Shown: positions 29,401 through 39,863, numbered from the stretch's first letter. The stretch is DNA of 64,000 bases from Nitrospinaceae bacterium (GCA_965237905.1 OZ250172.1:2880001-2944000), one strand, 5' to 3'. Numbers and translations: made by a program. The notes: generated from the letters alone by a model not told the origin.

Positions 29401-29715
29401 TTATTGTTCGGAAGGATAATTCTGTTGCCAGGCTTCGTATCCGCCCATCATGCTGTGAACGTCTTTGAAACCTTTGGACATCAAGTATCCCGCGGCTCCC
29501 TGGCTGGAGATGCCGTGGTAGCAACACACTACCAGAGTTTTTTGTTTGTCCAGTTGGTCGATCATCTGCTCTACGTTTTGCTCGTTCAGGGAGAGGGCGG
29601 TCGGGATATGGCCCATCGCGAACGAAGCCGGGTCCCGAATATCGACAATCGTTGCCGACTCCTCGGTAAGAAATTCATTCACTTGGTGGATATCGATCTG
29701 GCTGATATTAGGCAT
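29401..29715 (-). CDS. glpE: Single-domain rhodanese, thiosulfate sulfurtransferase
   Basis: DIRD..F..GHIP; active-site CYHGISSQ; GGYEAW. Confidence 0.88.
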   Translation of the reverse strand: MPNISQIDIHQVNEFLTEESATIVDIRDPASFAMGHIPTALSLNEQNVEQMIDQLDKQKTLVVCCYHGISSQGAAGYLMSKGFKDVHSMMGGYEAWQQNYPSEQ

Positions 29716-29952
29716 AGAAACGTCTCCGTGCTCCGGAATTCGGGTTTGTCCGCTGTTTTTTAGATGATCCGGGTCCGGAAAAGGTCCCGGAAAAGCAGAA
29801 TAAATTGAAGAAATGGCAAATTCAAAGCTCTATGGATATCAAATTTTGATATGATTGGAAACCTCAATCTGAATTTTTTATTTAAAACAAATCAAAAATA
29901 GCCGATGCGTTAAGGACGACCCGGTGACCATAGATCAAGGAGAAAGAGAGTA

Positions 29953-30471
29953 ATGGCAAACGAACAACATGTGGAGTTGATAAAAAAAGGTCCGGAAGCC
30001 TGGAACCAATGGCGCGAACAAAATCCGGATGAAGCGATCGATCTTTCCGAAGCCGATCTCCGGGGGACGGCGCTCAACAAGGCCAACCTCAAAGGAGCCA
30101 ATCTCAAACAGGCCAAGCTTCAGTTTTCCAATCTGGCCGGGGCTTCGTTGGAAGGCGCCAACCTGGAACAGGCACGATTGCAGGAGGTGAACCTGCAAGG
30201 CGCGCAACTGGAAAGCGCCAACCTTAAAAAATGTAATCTCATGGAGTCCAACCTGCAAAGCACCAACCTGCAGAATGCGGATATCCAGTCGGCTCAGTTT
30301 AATGAGGACGTGATGTTCGGGCAAACCAATCTGAGAGGCGCCAATCTGCTGGACGCTTCGGGATTGAGTGTGATGCAGATTCAAACCTCCCTGGTCGATA
30401 AAGATACCAAGCTCCCCGAGTACCTCAGCGATGATATGGAGGACGAAGATTTCATCAATAGTATGATTTGA
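29953..30471 (+). CDS. Pentapeptide repeat protein
   Basis: WNQWR N-cap followed by A(N/D)Lxx repeats. Confidence 0.92.
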   Translation: MANEQHVELIKKGPEAWNQWREQNPDEAIDLSEADLRGTALNKANLKGANLKQAKLQFSNLAGASLEGANLEQARLQEVNLQGAQLESANLKKCNLMESNLQSTNLQNADIQSAQFNEDVMFGQTNLRGANLLDASGLSVMQIQTSLVDKDTKLPEYLSDDMEDEDFINSMI

Positions 30472-30629
30472 TCGGGTCCCGCCGTTTCTAATGCCGCCTT
30501 TCTGAATAATTTTCCCCGTCCAGGACGCCCGGTTTTGTAAAATTCCGGGTGAAATCCCAATTTAACCCTTTATACTTGAATGAACGGGGGCTTCCCCTTT
30601 TCAACGTAACGTTACAGGGAGACAGAATT

Positions 30630-31109
30630 ATGGGTTACATCCACAAAAGTTTACTGGAAGGCGAGAAAGTCATTTATATGACCCGGCGCCATAAAATTAT
30701 TTTCACGTATCCGGTGATCTGGTTGCTGGTATCGGCCATTCTTTTCGCGGTCAAGTGGGTATTTGTATTCAAGCCGGAAATAAATTTTGCCCTCTCGATT
30801 TTCAGCGGAATCTGTCTGGGGGTGGCCCTCATCCATGCCCTGGTGATATGGATCAATTATCTTTGTGCCGAGTTTGGGATCACCAACCAGCGCGTGATCG
30901 TCAAGGAAGGTTTCCTGAAACGGAAAACCATTGAAGTCTTTTTGAAAAGTGTGGAAAGCGTACAGGTGGACCAAAGCATTTGGGGCCGCATGTTAAATTT
31001 TGGCACCGTCATCGTCTCTGGCACCGGAGGCGTCACCGATCCCCTCAATATGATCCGCAAGCCGTTGGACTTTAAAAAACAAGTCCAGCAACGCCTCGCC
31101 GGAATTTGA
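30630..31109 (+). CDS. Membrane protein with bacterial PH domain (bPH_2)
   Basis: L..GE.V start, 2 TM, ITNQRVI..G, VDQSIWGRMLNFGTV. Confidence 0.85.
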   Translation: MGYIHKSLLEGEKVIYMTRRHKIIFTYPVIWLLVSAILFAVKWVFVFKPEINFALSIFSGICLGVALIHALVIWINYLCAEFGITNQRVIVKEGFLKRKTIEVFLKSVESVQVDQSIWGRMLNFGTVIVSGTGGVTDPLNMIRKPLDFKKQVQQRLAGI

Positions 31110-31181
31110 CCCACCATTAGTAGGGGAAGGTCGGGAGAGGGCAACCTCGATCTAGAATACTATACGAGGTGCACTCAAAGA

Positions 31182-31211
31182 AAAAGGGCTCGACCAAATG
31201 GCCAAGCCCTT
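31182..31211 (-). terminator. Intrinsic terminator downstream of the csp gene
   Basis: AAGGGCT..AGCCCTT stem with T tract on the minus strand. Confidence 0.6.
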
Positions 31212-31273
31212 TGACTTAAATAGGGTACTGAGGAGACTCCGGCGGAGTCAACGTTCTGCCGGATGATGGGTTC

Positions 31274-31471
31274 TTATTTGGGTACCACCTTGGTGGCTTG
31301 CGGACCTTTCTGGCCCATACCTTCCTCGAACTCGACCGTTTGGCCCTCTGTGAGAGTCTTAAAACCGTCCCCTTGAATTTCTGAGAAATGAACAAAGAGA
31401 TCTTTGCCGTCGGATTCAATGAATCCATAACCCTTGCTTTCGTTAAACCATTTTACTGTTCCTACTGCCAT
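31274..31471 (-). CDS. cspA: Cold-shock protein
   Basis: [21 protein letters not shown]; 65 aa. Confidence 0.95.
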   Translation of the reverse strand: MAVGTVKWFNESKGYGFIESDGKDLFVHFSEIQGDGFKTLTEGQTVEFEEGMGQKGPQATKVVPK

Positions 31472-31809
31472 AATAAATACTCTCCTGCATTGAGCGGGGA
31501 AGACACTTCCAGAAAACCCGGATAATGTCTTCCTGTTTTTAAATTGGGTTTGATCGATGCAAGAATTTTTAGAGAACCACTTCAAGAAAAAGCCCAGCTT
31601 CTTTTGGTCTGGCCGAGAAACTACTAGAAGGAATTACCTCACACTGCAACTGAACAACCCTTGTTTACTCGATCAAAATAACATAAATATCAGAAATATC
31701 TTAATTTAAAAAGAACCGCCGTCGCAATTATTCTTTGATGGGTTTTCTCAGCAAATGCCCTACGAGGCGCTACACAAACGAACAATGGGCTACTAGGAAA
31801 ACCCATAAC

Positions 31810-32403
31810 CTATTGATTTAATTGATCAGAAGACTGGCGATTTTCAGCCGGCTTTAAGTTTTTCTCTAGCAGCCATTTGTTAAGTCCGATCCTGGCCAGT
31901 AATAACAAGCCACCAAAAAACAATGCCGGTAACCATACCCATATGAATTCAGACTGAAGAACACTGATCCCACGTTCGCCTATAAAATAAGAGACCCCTA
32001 TGGGTGACACTTGAATTGGCCGCCAAGGCAAAAAATACCTCTCGTCAGTTAAAGGCCAAAAGAAGGCAACGCCCAAGCCGCCATTAGTCATCGCATCTAA
32101 AACAGAATGCGATAGCGTTGCGAACGTCAGCATAAAGAAGCCAACCAGCTTGGAGCAACTTAAATATTTGTTGAAAATAAGACCAAGAAAACCGATGAAG
32201 AGGGCAAAAGTAATGGAATGGGTAAAACCTCGATGACCGAATTCCGAGGAATAGGCAATCCCCATATTAAACCCGATCACATCAAGATCGGGGATCATAG
32301 ATGCAACACAACTATAAAATAGCAACTTTTTTGGAATCTTGCGTGATCCAACACCGAGCCTAAGGGATAGTGGGATCGCTACATGTGTAATTATGCTTGC
32401 CAT
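31810..32403 (-). CDS. Inner-membrane metal-dependent hydrolase (YdjM/YbcI family)
   Basis: TH, PDLD, HRGFTHS, SH..LD..T.GG motifs. Confidence 0.9.
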   Translation of the reverse strand: MASIITHVAIPLSLRLGVGSRKIPKKLLFYSCVASMIPDLDVIGFNMGIAYSSEFGHRGFTHSITFALFIGFLGLIFNKYLSCSKLVGFFMLTFATLSHSVLDAMTNGGLGVAFFWPLTDERYFLPWRPIQVSPIGVSYFIGERGISVLQSEFIWVWLPALFFGGLLLLARIGLNKWLLEKNLKPAENRQSSDQLNQ

Positions 32404-32511
32404 CGTTATATGCCATTGAGGAATTAAATGAAAAACGTAGTGACAGTGCAGACGTGGGAACGTCTACCAAATGTCTATCGGGAGGAAGGCCGAGAACTCC
32501 AAGTGATTAAA

Positions 32512-32560
32512 AAATGGTCGGAGCGAGCACACGAGTGCGACGGATTTGAACCTCCGACCC
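32512..32560 (-). repeat. Interrupted duplicate of the tRNA-Pro 3' half (att-like site)
   Basis: aaatggtcggagcgag and ggatttgaacctccgaccc are identical to 33051-33086; 14 nt replace one base between them. Confidence 0.85.
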
Positions 32561-32574
32561 GGTTGAACAATTTG

Positions 32575-33027
32575 TTAGAGCAGGTCGTAAATGTAGTGGT
32601 GGATTAAGAGCAGACTGACTGACACTAAGACTACGAGTCCGTGCGGCAATATGACGACAGGATAGCATAGAACCTTTACCAAGGACTGTTCCTTATATCC
32701 TGACCACCATCTTTCGAATATCTGTAGCGGAACGATACCATTCTCACTCCCGCTGCGAAAATGAGCCTCGATTTCTTCGATCCGTTTGCGATTTGCGTAC
32801 TGATACGTTCGCCATAGCCCGTCGATAACCCAAAACATTACGGCAACAACGCCCGCCATAGCCCAGATCGCTGGATTCCCCTTTTCAAAGCCCAGTGCCA
32901 ATCCGGCAACTGCGACGGTCACGGACCACCCTTTGATCAACAAGGCACGACGATCGAAGTCTTCGTAGAATCCCTGAAGGAGCAAATACTCGTCCTTGAG
33001 GAATTTGTCTCTTTGATCTGCGTTCAT
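32575..33027 (-). CDS. Hypothetical membrane protein (cargo between the tRNA repeats)
   Basis: AGGAG RBS; TM segments; LIKGWSVTV. Confidence 0.75.
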   Translation of the reverse strand: MNADQRDKFLKDEYLLLQGFYEDFDRRALLIKGWSVTVAVAGLALGFEKGNPAIWAMAGVVAVMFWVIDGLWRTYQYANRKRIEEIEAHFRSGSENGIVPLQIFERWWSGYKEQSLVKVLCYPVVILPHGLVVLVSVSLLLIHHYIYDLL

Positions 33028-33053
33028 GGCTCCTATGAGATGGTCAAAATAAA

Positions 33054-33131
33054 TGGTCGGAGCGAGAGGATTTGAACCTCCGACCCCTACACCCCCAGTG
33101 TAGTGCGCTAACCAGGCTGCGCTACGCTCCG
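33054..33131 (-). tRNA. tRNA-Pro(GGG)
   Basis: CGGAGCG acceptor stem, CTACA-CTGGGGG-TGTAG anticodon arm, GGTTCAAATCC T-arm, encoded CCA. Confidence 0.97.
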
Positions 33132-33419
33132 ATATTTTTTAATCCCTGGCTGACCTTGAAACGGGCTCGGATAAAGTCAATGATAACATGCTCTTTGGCA
33201 TGTTGGCTTTGCCGTGTAAACTCCGCGCAACTCGGGTGGAAAATTCAAAATAGAGGATTCGCTACCGGAAGTCAACCGCTTATCCGCGAGCCCCCCAGCC
33301 GCCGTTACATTTTGCTTGAAGCCTTGGGCCACTGTGATAGAATCCGCTGATCTCTATGATTTTTAAGGGAATTACAGCCCTCTCACCGGCAATCGTTCAT
33401 CGGAAGGATTTCAATTTTT

Positions 33420-33737
33420 ATGAAAGTCGTCAACGTCATTGATCAGGTGCAATTTAAATCCGAGAAAATGAACAAGGTCAGCCTTTTCGATTCGGACCGG
33501 TTTTTTTGTGATGTATACTGTCTCGAACCCGGCCAGGTCCAAAAAGTGCATGCCCACGAGGGGTCGGACAAGATATATTATTTGCTGGAAGGGAAGGGCC
33601 AAATCACCGTCGGGTCCGAAGAGAAGGAACTGACGGCGGGGGAGATCACACTGGCTCCTTCGGGAGAAGTCCACGGGGTGGTCAACCATACGCAGGAGCC
33701 TTTGGTCATCCTGGTGTTTATGGCGCCCAAACCCTAA
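33420..33737 (+). CDS. Cupin domain protein
   Basis: PGQ..HAH..YYLLEGKG..G..HGV.N. Confidence 0.9.
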   Translation: MKVVNVIDQVQFKSEKMNKVSLFDSDRFFCDVYCLEPGQVQKVHAHEGSDKIYYLLEGKGQITVGSEEKELTAGEITLAPSGEVHGVVNHTQEPLVILVFMAPKP

Positions 33738-33793
33738 TAATTATTTTTGATACTTTTTCCCAGCCCACTCCGGGTTGATTCAGGGAACTTATA

Positions 33794-35569
33794 ATGATTT
33801 ATCTGGTTTTTCCATCGTCCTGGCATCCGTCTCAGCCTTATTTGAGCCTGCCGGCTTTGAAGGGATTCCTGCATCAGCACGGGATCACCGACGTGGTGCA
33901 GAGAGACCTCGCCATCGAGCTGTTGGATCATCTGTGCTCTTGGGAAAATACTCAGCCGCTGTACGACCGCATTCTGAAGGATCTCCATCAGCTCGGCTCC
34001 AAACCCTTTCTCACCGATATTGAAAAAGAGAAGTTCGAAAAATTGCGCGAGGCGGAAGAAATTATTCCGGCCCTGAAAGATCAGATCGACGGCGCCAAAA
34101 CGATTCTGCGCACGGAAGAGTTCTACCAGGTCGACCGCTACATGGAAGCTCTGAAAATCATCGACGTCTGGCTGGACAACATTCTGGCTTCCTATTATCC
34201 CTCCCAGTTGACCGTGATCGGCAGTCAGTTGCGATTTTCCCCTTACTCCACTCAGGAAATACTCGATTCATTCAAGCATCCGGAAGAAAATTTCTTTTAC
34301 GATTTGTACAAACAGCATTACGTTCCTGATATTCTCAAAGAGGATATCGACATCCTGGGAATCTCCATCACCTCCGTCGAGCAAATCATTCCCGGCCTGA
34401 CCCTGGCGCACCTTATCAAAGAAGCCCGGCCGGAAATCCATATCACCGTGGGCGGCAGTGTGTTCACCAAGCTGGTGGACGTCCTCGAAAAAGGTTCGCC
34501 GCTATTTAATTTTGTCGACAGTTTTATCGTTCACGAAGGCGAAACGCCTCTGCTCCGGTTGGTGGAACATTTGCGAGGGGATGGCGACCTGTCGGAGGTG
34601 CCGAATCTGGTGTATCGGGATAACGGTGTTGTGAAGGTAAACCGACCCTTCGCCAAGGAAGAGTTGAACGCTTTGCCGACACCGGATTTCGACGGCATTC
34701 CCTTCGATTTGTATCTGACGCCGGAGAGGGTCCTGCCCATCATGGGATCGCGCGGGTGCTATTGGGAAAAATGCGCGTTCTGTTCGATTCCGTTCGACCA
34801 CATGGATTTCCATGTACGCTATGCGGAAACGGTGGTGCAGGATTTCAAGAACCTGAAAGAGAAGTACGGATGCAATTACTTTTTCTTCACCGATGAAGCG
34901 CTTCCCATCAATTTCCTGAAAACATTTTCCGAAAAACTGATCGAGCAGGAGGTCGATGTCCAGTGGACCGGCGAGCTCAAATTCGAGAAAAGCCTGTTAC
35001 GCGACAACCGCATGGAAACACTGTACAAGTCGGGTTGCCGCAAATTGATTTTCGGGTTGGAATCGTACAATCAGCGGGTACTGGATGCGATGAAAAAAGG
35101 CTGTCCCAAGGAAGTCATCGACAAAACGGTCGAAGAGTGTATCCGCATCGGCATCGCCATGCATTTTTATATTCTGGTCGGGTTTCCCACCGAAACGCGG
35201 GATGAGGTCATGGATTCCGTAAACTTCGTGATGGACAGCCAGGCCATTCTCGATTCTCCGGGTTTTTCATGCATCGCCTCGCAGTTCGACCTGGAAAAGG
35301 GAACGCCCCTCGCCAAGGACCCGGGCCAGTGGGGCGTGTACGACTTGAGTAACCCCCCTGAACATGATTTGTCTTTGGGATTTTCCTATAAGATTAAGGA
35401 AGGGCTGAACGCAGAACAGGCGACAGAAGTCTATCAGGAAGTAGTGCAGAAAATCAGTCGCGAAGTCATGACCTTTCCCCACAACTATTCCCTGGCCGAC
35501 GGACTTCTCTACCTCGGTTACCACGAAAGAGAAAACATCCAGGAACGCATCTCCGCCCTGTCCGCTTAA
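33794..35569 (+). CDS. B12-binding domain radical SAM protein
   Basis: PYLSLPAL start, ITVGG..HEGE B12 domain, SRGCYWEKCAFC, FGLES. Confidence 0.9.
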   Translation: MIYLVFPSSWHPSQPYLSLPALKGFLHQHGITDVVQRDLAIELLDHLCSWENTQPLYDRILKDLHQLGSKPFLTDIEKEKFEKLREAEEIIPALKDQIDGAKTILRTEEFYQVDRYMEALKIIDVWLDNILASYYPSQLTVIGSQLRFSPYSTQEILDSFKHPEENFFYDLYKQHYVPDILKEDIDILGISITSVEQIIPGLTLAHLIKEARPEIHITVGGSVFTKLVDVLEKGSPLFNFVDSFIVHEGETPLLRLVEHLRGDGDLSEVPNLVYRDNGVVKVNRPFAKEELNALPTPDFDGIPFDLYLTPERVLPIMGSRGCYWEKCAFCSIPFDHMDFHVRYAETVVQDFKNLKEKYGCNYFFFTDEALPINFLKTFSEKLIEQEVDVQWTGELKFEKSLLRDNRMETLYKSGCRKLIFGLESYNQRVLDAMKKGCPKEVIDKTVEECIRIGIAMHFYILVGFPTETRDEVMDSVNFVMDSQAILDSPGFSCIASQFDLEKGTPLAKDPGQWGVYDLSNPPEHDLSLGFSYKIKEGLNAEQATEVYQEVVQKISREVMTFPHNYSLADGLLYLGYHERENIQERISALSA

Positions 35570-35640
35570 AGGTGAACCCTAGCCAACCCCTGTGTATTCG
35601 AAAAGCCGATCACTTATAATTTGAGCTGAACTGATGGTCC

Positions 35641-35808
35641 TCAGTAGCCGTCACCGCTGGATCCGGACCCTTCGCGTTTTTTCGAGGTTTCGGAATCCTT
35701 GGTTCCGGACGAGTCGGAATCTTTATACGAGTGCGAGCAGGCCGCGGCTCCCACGCACAGGCTCACCAGAAATACCACCATCAGTCCCCATCCTAATATC
35801 CGTTTCAT
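35641..35808 (-). CDS. Small lipoprotein (55 aa, absent from the ORF track)
   Basis: GGAGG RBS; MKRILGWGLMVVFLVSLCVGAAAC-SHSYKDSDSSGTKDSETSKKREGSGSSGDGY*. Confidence 0.72.
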   Translation of the reverse strand: MKRILGWGLMVVFLVSLCVGAAACSHSYKDSDSSGTKDSETSKKREGSGSSGDGY

Positions 35809-35884
35809 CGCTATCCTCCATGTTGCGGGTTTAGTTTAGCCTTATCGTCTAAGTCGCAGGCGGCACCGGAAACTTACAGACTCT

Positions 35885-36583
35885 TTAAAAATACCAGAAC
35901 AGGAAGAAGGGCAGGCCGAAGGTGAAGACCAACGCGAGGAGGTTCAATCCCTGCAGAATGAGCATTTGGTCGGTCAGGGTGGAGATGACGAACTCAACCC
36001 CGACTCTGCGGACCGCGCTTTCGATATCCGCCCGATCCAGATGATCCTTACCCTTTTTGTTCAGCTCCTCCATAACGTCGTCGAGGAAGATGAATTTGAG
36101 GACTTTCAAAATCGCACGGAAGAACAATCCCTTCATCCAATGGATGGGGCCGCCTTTCAGTTTCAGGTCATCCAGAAACTTTTTACCCATCTCGTCAAAC
36201 TTACGCGCCAACTCTTCTTTGGGGATGCTTTTATTGACGTTCGGGTAATTGGAAAGAACTCCGCTTACCAGAATGTCCAGCAAGTCATGCAGGCCGCCCA
36301 CCATTTGCCGGAACTTGCCGCGTGCTGTTTCGATGATGCTGGCAATGACGCCATGAATCGGCCCCCACAGTCCATACCAGAGGAGGGCGGTGATCAACAC
36401 CAGCCATTGTAACCAGCCGCTCCAGTCAGCCTCCCAGATATAAATTTCTTTCAGGGAATAGATACCAATCATTCCAACAGCGAAGCCCACGGCGCTGAAC
36501 AAAAGCAGGTTCACGAACGTTCCGATCAACAGGTCCGCGAAAAACTTTTGCCAGTAGCTGAGAACTTGATTTTTATCCGTCAT
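35885..36583 (-). CDS. Hypothetical membrane protein coupled to the RND pump
   Basis: ATGA overlap with the RND gene; about 3 TM segments. Confidence 0.75.
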   Translation of the reverse strand: MTDKNQVLSYWQKFFADLLIGTFVNLLLFSAVGFAVGMIGIYSLKEIYIWEADWSGWLQWLVLITALLWYGLWGPIHGVIASIIETARGKFRQMVGGLHDLLDILVSGVLSNYPNVNKSIPKEELARKFDEMGKKFLDDLKLKGGPIHWMKGLFFRAILKVLKFIFLDDVMEELNKKGKDHLDRADIESAVRRVGVEFVISTLTDQMLILQGLNLLALVFTFGLPFFLFWYF

Positions 36584-39500
36584 AACGTCCTTGGGTTTCG
36601 TGTCAGGATTTCAGCTTCTTCCTGGGCCGAAACGGGTGGTTGGTTTCGGGCTGGGGTGGGGGCAACCGGCGTGCTGGGACCGGCCCTCATACCAAAACTC
36701 AGATTCAACAGGCAGGGAATGAGTACAAGCGTAAAGATCGTGCTGAAGAACAGCCCCGATAAAATGACCACACCGATACCACGATAGATTTCACTGCCGG
36801 CGCCGGGGATCACCACCAGCGGCATCAGGCCGAAGATGCTGGTGAACGTGCTCATGAAAATCGGCCGAATGCGGTTGCGCACGCTTTCCAGAATGGCATC
36901 CCGGTAAAACATGCCGTCTTCTCGAATGTGCAACAGAGTCTGGTAGATAATCAGGATGGCGTTGTTCACCACCACTCCGATCAGAATGATAAAACCCAGC
37001 ATGGTCAACACGTCGAGCGGTTGATTGACCCTCAGGTTCAATGCCCACAGGCCGACCACACCGCCGACCGCCGCCATCGGCACGCTCAGCATGATGATCA
37101 GTGGGAATCCCCAGTGCTGGAAGAGTACCGCCAGTAGAAGGTAAGTGATGATGATCGCCAGAATAAAATTGTCCGACATGGCGTCGCGGGTTTTCTCCAG
37201 CTTGTCCGCGTTGCCCGTCAGGTTGATGGAATACTCGCCGGACAGGGTGCCGTCGTCCTTCAACGGTTGGATAATCTGATTTTTGACCAGATCAATTCCC
37301 TCTTCCAGTGCCATATGGTTGGGCGGACTGATCTCCAGAGTCACCGACCGCTTGCGTTCGAAATGCCGGATTTCTTCGGAGCTCACCGTCTCGGTCATCT
37401 CCGCGACATTGATCAACGGCACCGCCCGGCCTTTTTTCGTATAAAGAATCATTTCGGGAATATCCTGCGTCCGCTTGACATCCTGCTCCCGGCTTTGCAG
37501 GATGAGGTCGATGCCCTCGCGCGGCATGTAGGGTACTTGAATTTTGTCCGGATTGAGAAAAACTTCATCGGCATAAACTCCGTCCACCAGGGCCGCCACC
37601 GAATATCCCAGTTCAAACACGTCGATATCCAATTCGGCGATCGACTGCCAGCGTGGTTGAATCCGAATCTGCGGTTGACCCAGTTCGATCCCGGGTTTGG
37701 GGCGGACTTTGGAACCCGGCATGATATCTTTAAGTTTGAAAAAAGAGTTCCGGGCGATCTCGGTAATTTTAACCAGGTCCGGTCCCATGATGTTCATTTC
37801 AATACCGCGTGACCCACTGAAGGCGCTGGAGAACAAAGACAATTGCCGGGTGATGGCGATCATCCCCGGAACTTTGACCAATTCCTTTTCCAGAACCGGG
37901 ATCAACTCCCCGGCGCGCTCCGGGTCTTTCGCTTTCACGATGGTGAACAGGCGGCCGCGGCTGCCGATAAACAGGAAATTACGCACCGCCGGACCTTCCA
38001 GTTTTTTTTCTTCCGGGCTTCCCGGCAGGGCTTCCCAGTAGGCCTGGTAGTTCTTTTCCATCTCGCTGCCAATGCGGTGCATCTCGTTGATGTTATATCC
38101 CTGCGGCGGAATCATCATGCCGATGATCACGTTCTGATCGCCTTCTGGCAGGTATTCCGTTTTGGGTATCATGAACCAAGCCCCAATTAACGGGACAAGG
38201 GTGAGGAGCAGAATGAGTGTGCCTTGGATGAATGGAAATTGAAAAATCCATTTCAGTCCACCCACCACACTGCGATTGAACGCGGTCGCAAGCGGCACCA
38301 AGCCGAACACGTTCCGAAAAACGGTTTTTATCATGCCGCTCGATGTGGCGTGCATTTCTTCAAAATGTAACAGTTTCCGCGCCAGGGCGGGTATGACCAG
38401 TATGCTGACGATCATCGAGAGGGTCACGGCGGAACAGATAGCGACAGCGATGTCCTGGAACAGTTGACCGACTTCCTCTTCAATAAACAGGATGGGGATG
38501 AACACAGCCAGAGTAGTCAGGGTGCTTGCGAAAATGGCGCCCCAGACTTCGCGGGCTCCGTCATGCGCGGCGGTCAAGGTGTCTTTGCCCATCTGCCGAT
38601 GGCGGTAAATATTTTCCAAAACGATGATGGAGGCATCCACCACCATGCCCACCGCAAATGCCATGCCTGCCAGCATGATGACATTGATCGTTCGCCCCAT
38701 GAGGGTGATGATCAAAAAAGAACCGATCACGCTGATGGGGATGGCCAGGGCGATCACCAGGGTGCTGTAAAAACTTCTCAAAAACAGAAGTAGAATTACA
38801 ATGGCCATGGTTCCGCCCACGATCAGGTTGAAGGTCACTATGTCAATGGAACGCGAAATGTATTCGGTCTTGTCTGCCGTTTGCGCGAGGTGAAGGCCCA
38901 TGGGATGGAGCAGGTTCTCATTCATGTCGGCCACGACGCCTTTGATTTCCTTCATCACCTCGATGATGTTGGAACCGATTTCCCGGCGGGTGTTGACGGC
39001 GATCCCCGGCAGTCCGTTGTGCCGAACATAGTCTCTCAGCTCATCGTAATCGACTTTAACTTCTGCCACGTCTTTGACGTAAACCGGGCGGCCCCCGATA
39101 TGGGTCACGATAGTTTGTTCGATATCTTTCGGGCTTTTGAATTCTCCGGTAGTGCGGATGATATAACGCCGTTTACCCTCATCAAAATCTCCGCCACTTA
39201 CATTGCGGTTCTGCTTGCGGAGCGCTTCCCGCAACTGAAAAATGCCGATGCCCCTCTCCGCCAAAGCATGCGGGTCGAACAGGACCTGCAACTCCAGCGG
39301 ACTGCCCCCGAACACCGAGCTGTCGGACACACCGGGTATCCGTTCGAACCGCGCTTTGATGAAGTCTTCCGCGAAATCCCGGTAATGGTAAACGTTGATC
39401 TCGTTTTCCTTGCCCGGAAGCGGTGACAGGACGAACCAGCCGATCGGCCGATCCGAAATATTGGTGGTTTTTATGATGGGCTCATCCGCATCTTCAGGAT

Positions 39501-39852
39501 AAGTGGGCACTTGGTTCAAGGCATTCGCGGTGCGGACCAGCGCATCCTGTAGGTTGGTGCCCACCTGAAACTCGAGGTACACGTCCCCGATACCCGTCTT
39601 GGAGGTACTTTCCATTTCCACCAGGCCTATGATGGATTTCAGGTGTTGTTCCTGTTCGTCGATGATTTCCCGTTCGATCTCCTCCGGGCTGGCACCGGGC
39701 CAGGTGGTGCGAATGCTCAGTTCCGGCTGGCTGATTTCGGGTGTCAGTTGAACGGGAATGTGGAGCAGGGACATGATGCCGAACATGAGGATCAGGATCA
39801 CCCCCACCGCGACGGTGACTCCGTATTTGAGCGATTGTTCGACCAGTTTCAT
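36580..39852 (-). CDS. RND efflux permease (AcrB/AcrD/AcrF family)
   Basis: WPGASPEEIE, GMVVDASIIVLENI, GVVVNNAIL, RIRPIFM. Confidence 0.95.
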   Translation of the reverse strand: MKLVEQSLKYGVTVAVGVILILMFGIMSLLHIPVQLTPEISQPELSIRTTWPGASPEEIEREIIDEQEQHLKSIIGLVEMESTSKTGIGDVYLEFQVGTNLQDALVRTANALNQVPTYPEDADEPIIKTTNISDRPIGWFVLSPLPGKENEINVYHYRDFAEDFIKARFERIPGVSDSSVFGGSPLELQVLFDPHALAERGIGIFQLREALRKQNRNVSGGDFDEGKRRYIIRTTGEFKSPKDIEQTIVTHIGGRPVYVKDVAEVKVDYDELRDYVRHNGLPGIAVNTRREIGSNIIEVMKEIKGVVADMNENLLHPMGLHLAQTADKTEYISRSIDIVTFNLIVGGTMAIVILLLFLRSFYSTLVIALAIPISVIGSFLIITLMGRTINVIMLAGMAFAVGMVVDASIIVLENIYRHRQMGKDTLTAAHDGAREVWGAIFASTLTTLAVFIPILFIEEEVGQLFQDIAVAICSAVTLSMIVSILVIPALARKLLHFEEMHATSSGMIKTVFRNVFGLVPLATAFNRSVVGGLKWIFQFPFIQGTLILLLTLVPLIGAWFMIPKTEYLPEGDQNVIIGMMIPPQGYNINEMHRIGSEMEKNYQAYWEALPGSPEEKKLEGPAVRNFLFIGSRGRLFTIVKAKDPERAGELIPVLEKELVKVPGMIAITRQLSLFSSAFSGSRGIEMNIMGPDLVKITEIARNSFFKLKDIMPGSKVRPKPGIELGQPQIRIQPRWQSIAELDIDVFELGYSVAALVDGVYADEVFLNPDKIQVPYMPREGIDLILQSREQDVKRTQDIPEMILYTKKGRAVPLINVAEMTETVSSEEIRHFERKRSVTLEISPPNHMALEEGIDLVKNQIIQPLKDDGTLSGEYSINLTGNADKLEKTRDAMSDNFILAIIITYLLLAVLFQHWGFPLIIMLSVPMAAVGGVVGLWALNLRVNQPLDVLTMLGFIILIGVVVNNAILIIYQTLLHIREDGMFYRDAILESVRNRIRPIFMSTFTSIFGLMPLVVIPGAGSEIYRGIGVVILSGLFFSTIFTLVLIPCLLNLSFGMRAGPSTPVAPTPARNQPPVSAQEEAEILTRNPRTL

Positions 39853-39863
39853 GGAAATAAGCT

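Noticed and set aside
31472..31585. N-terminal extension of the cold-shock protein
   Set aside because: A canonical start MAVGTVKWF with an AGGAG RBS lies at 31471. The upstream sequence is best read as the long csp 5' UTR.
33072..33350. 92-aa ORF
   Set aside because: It overlaps tRNA-Pro on the opposite strand.
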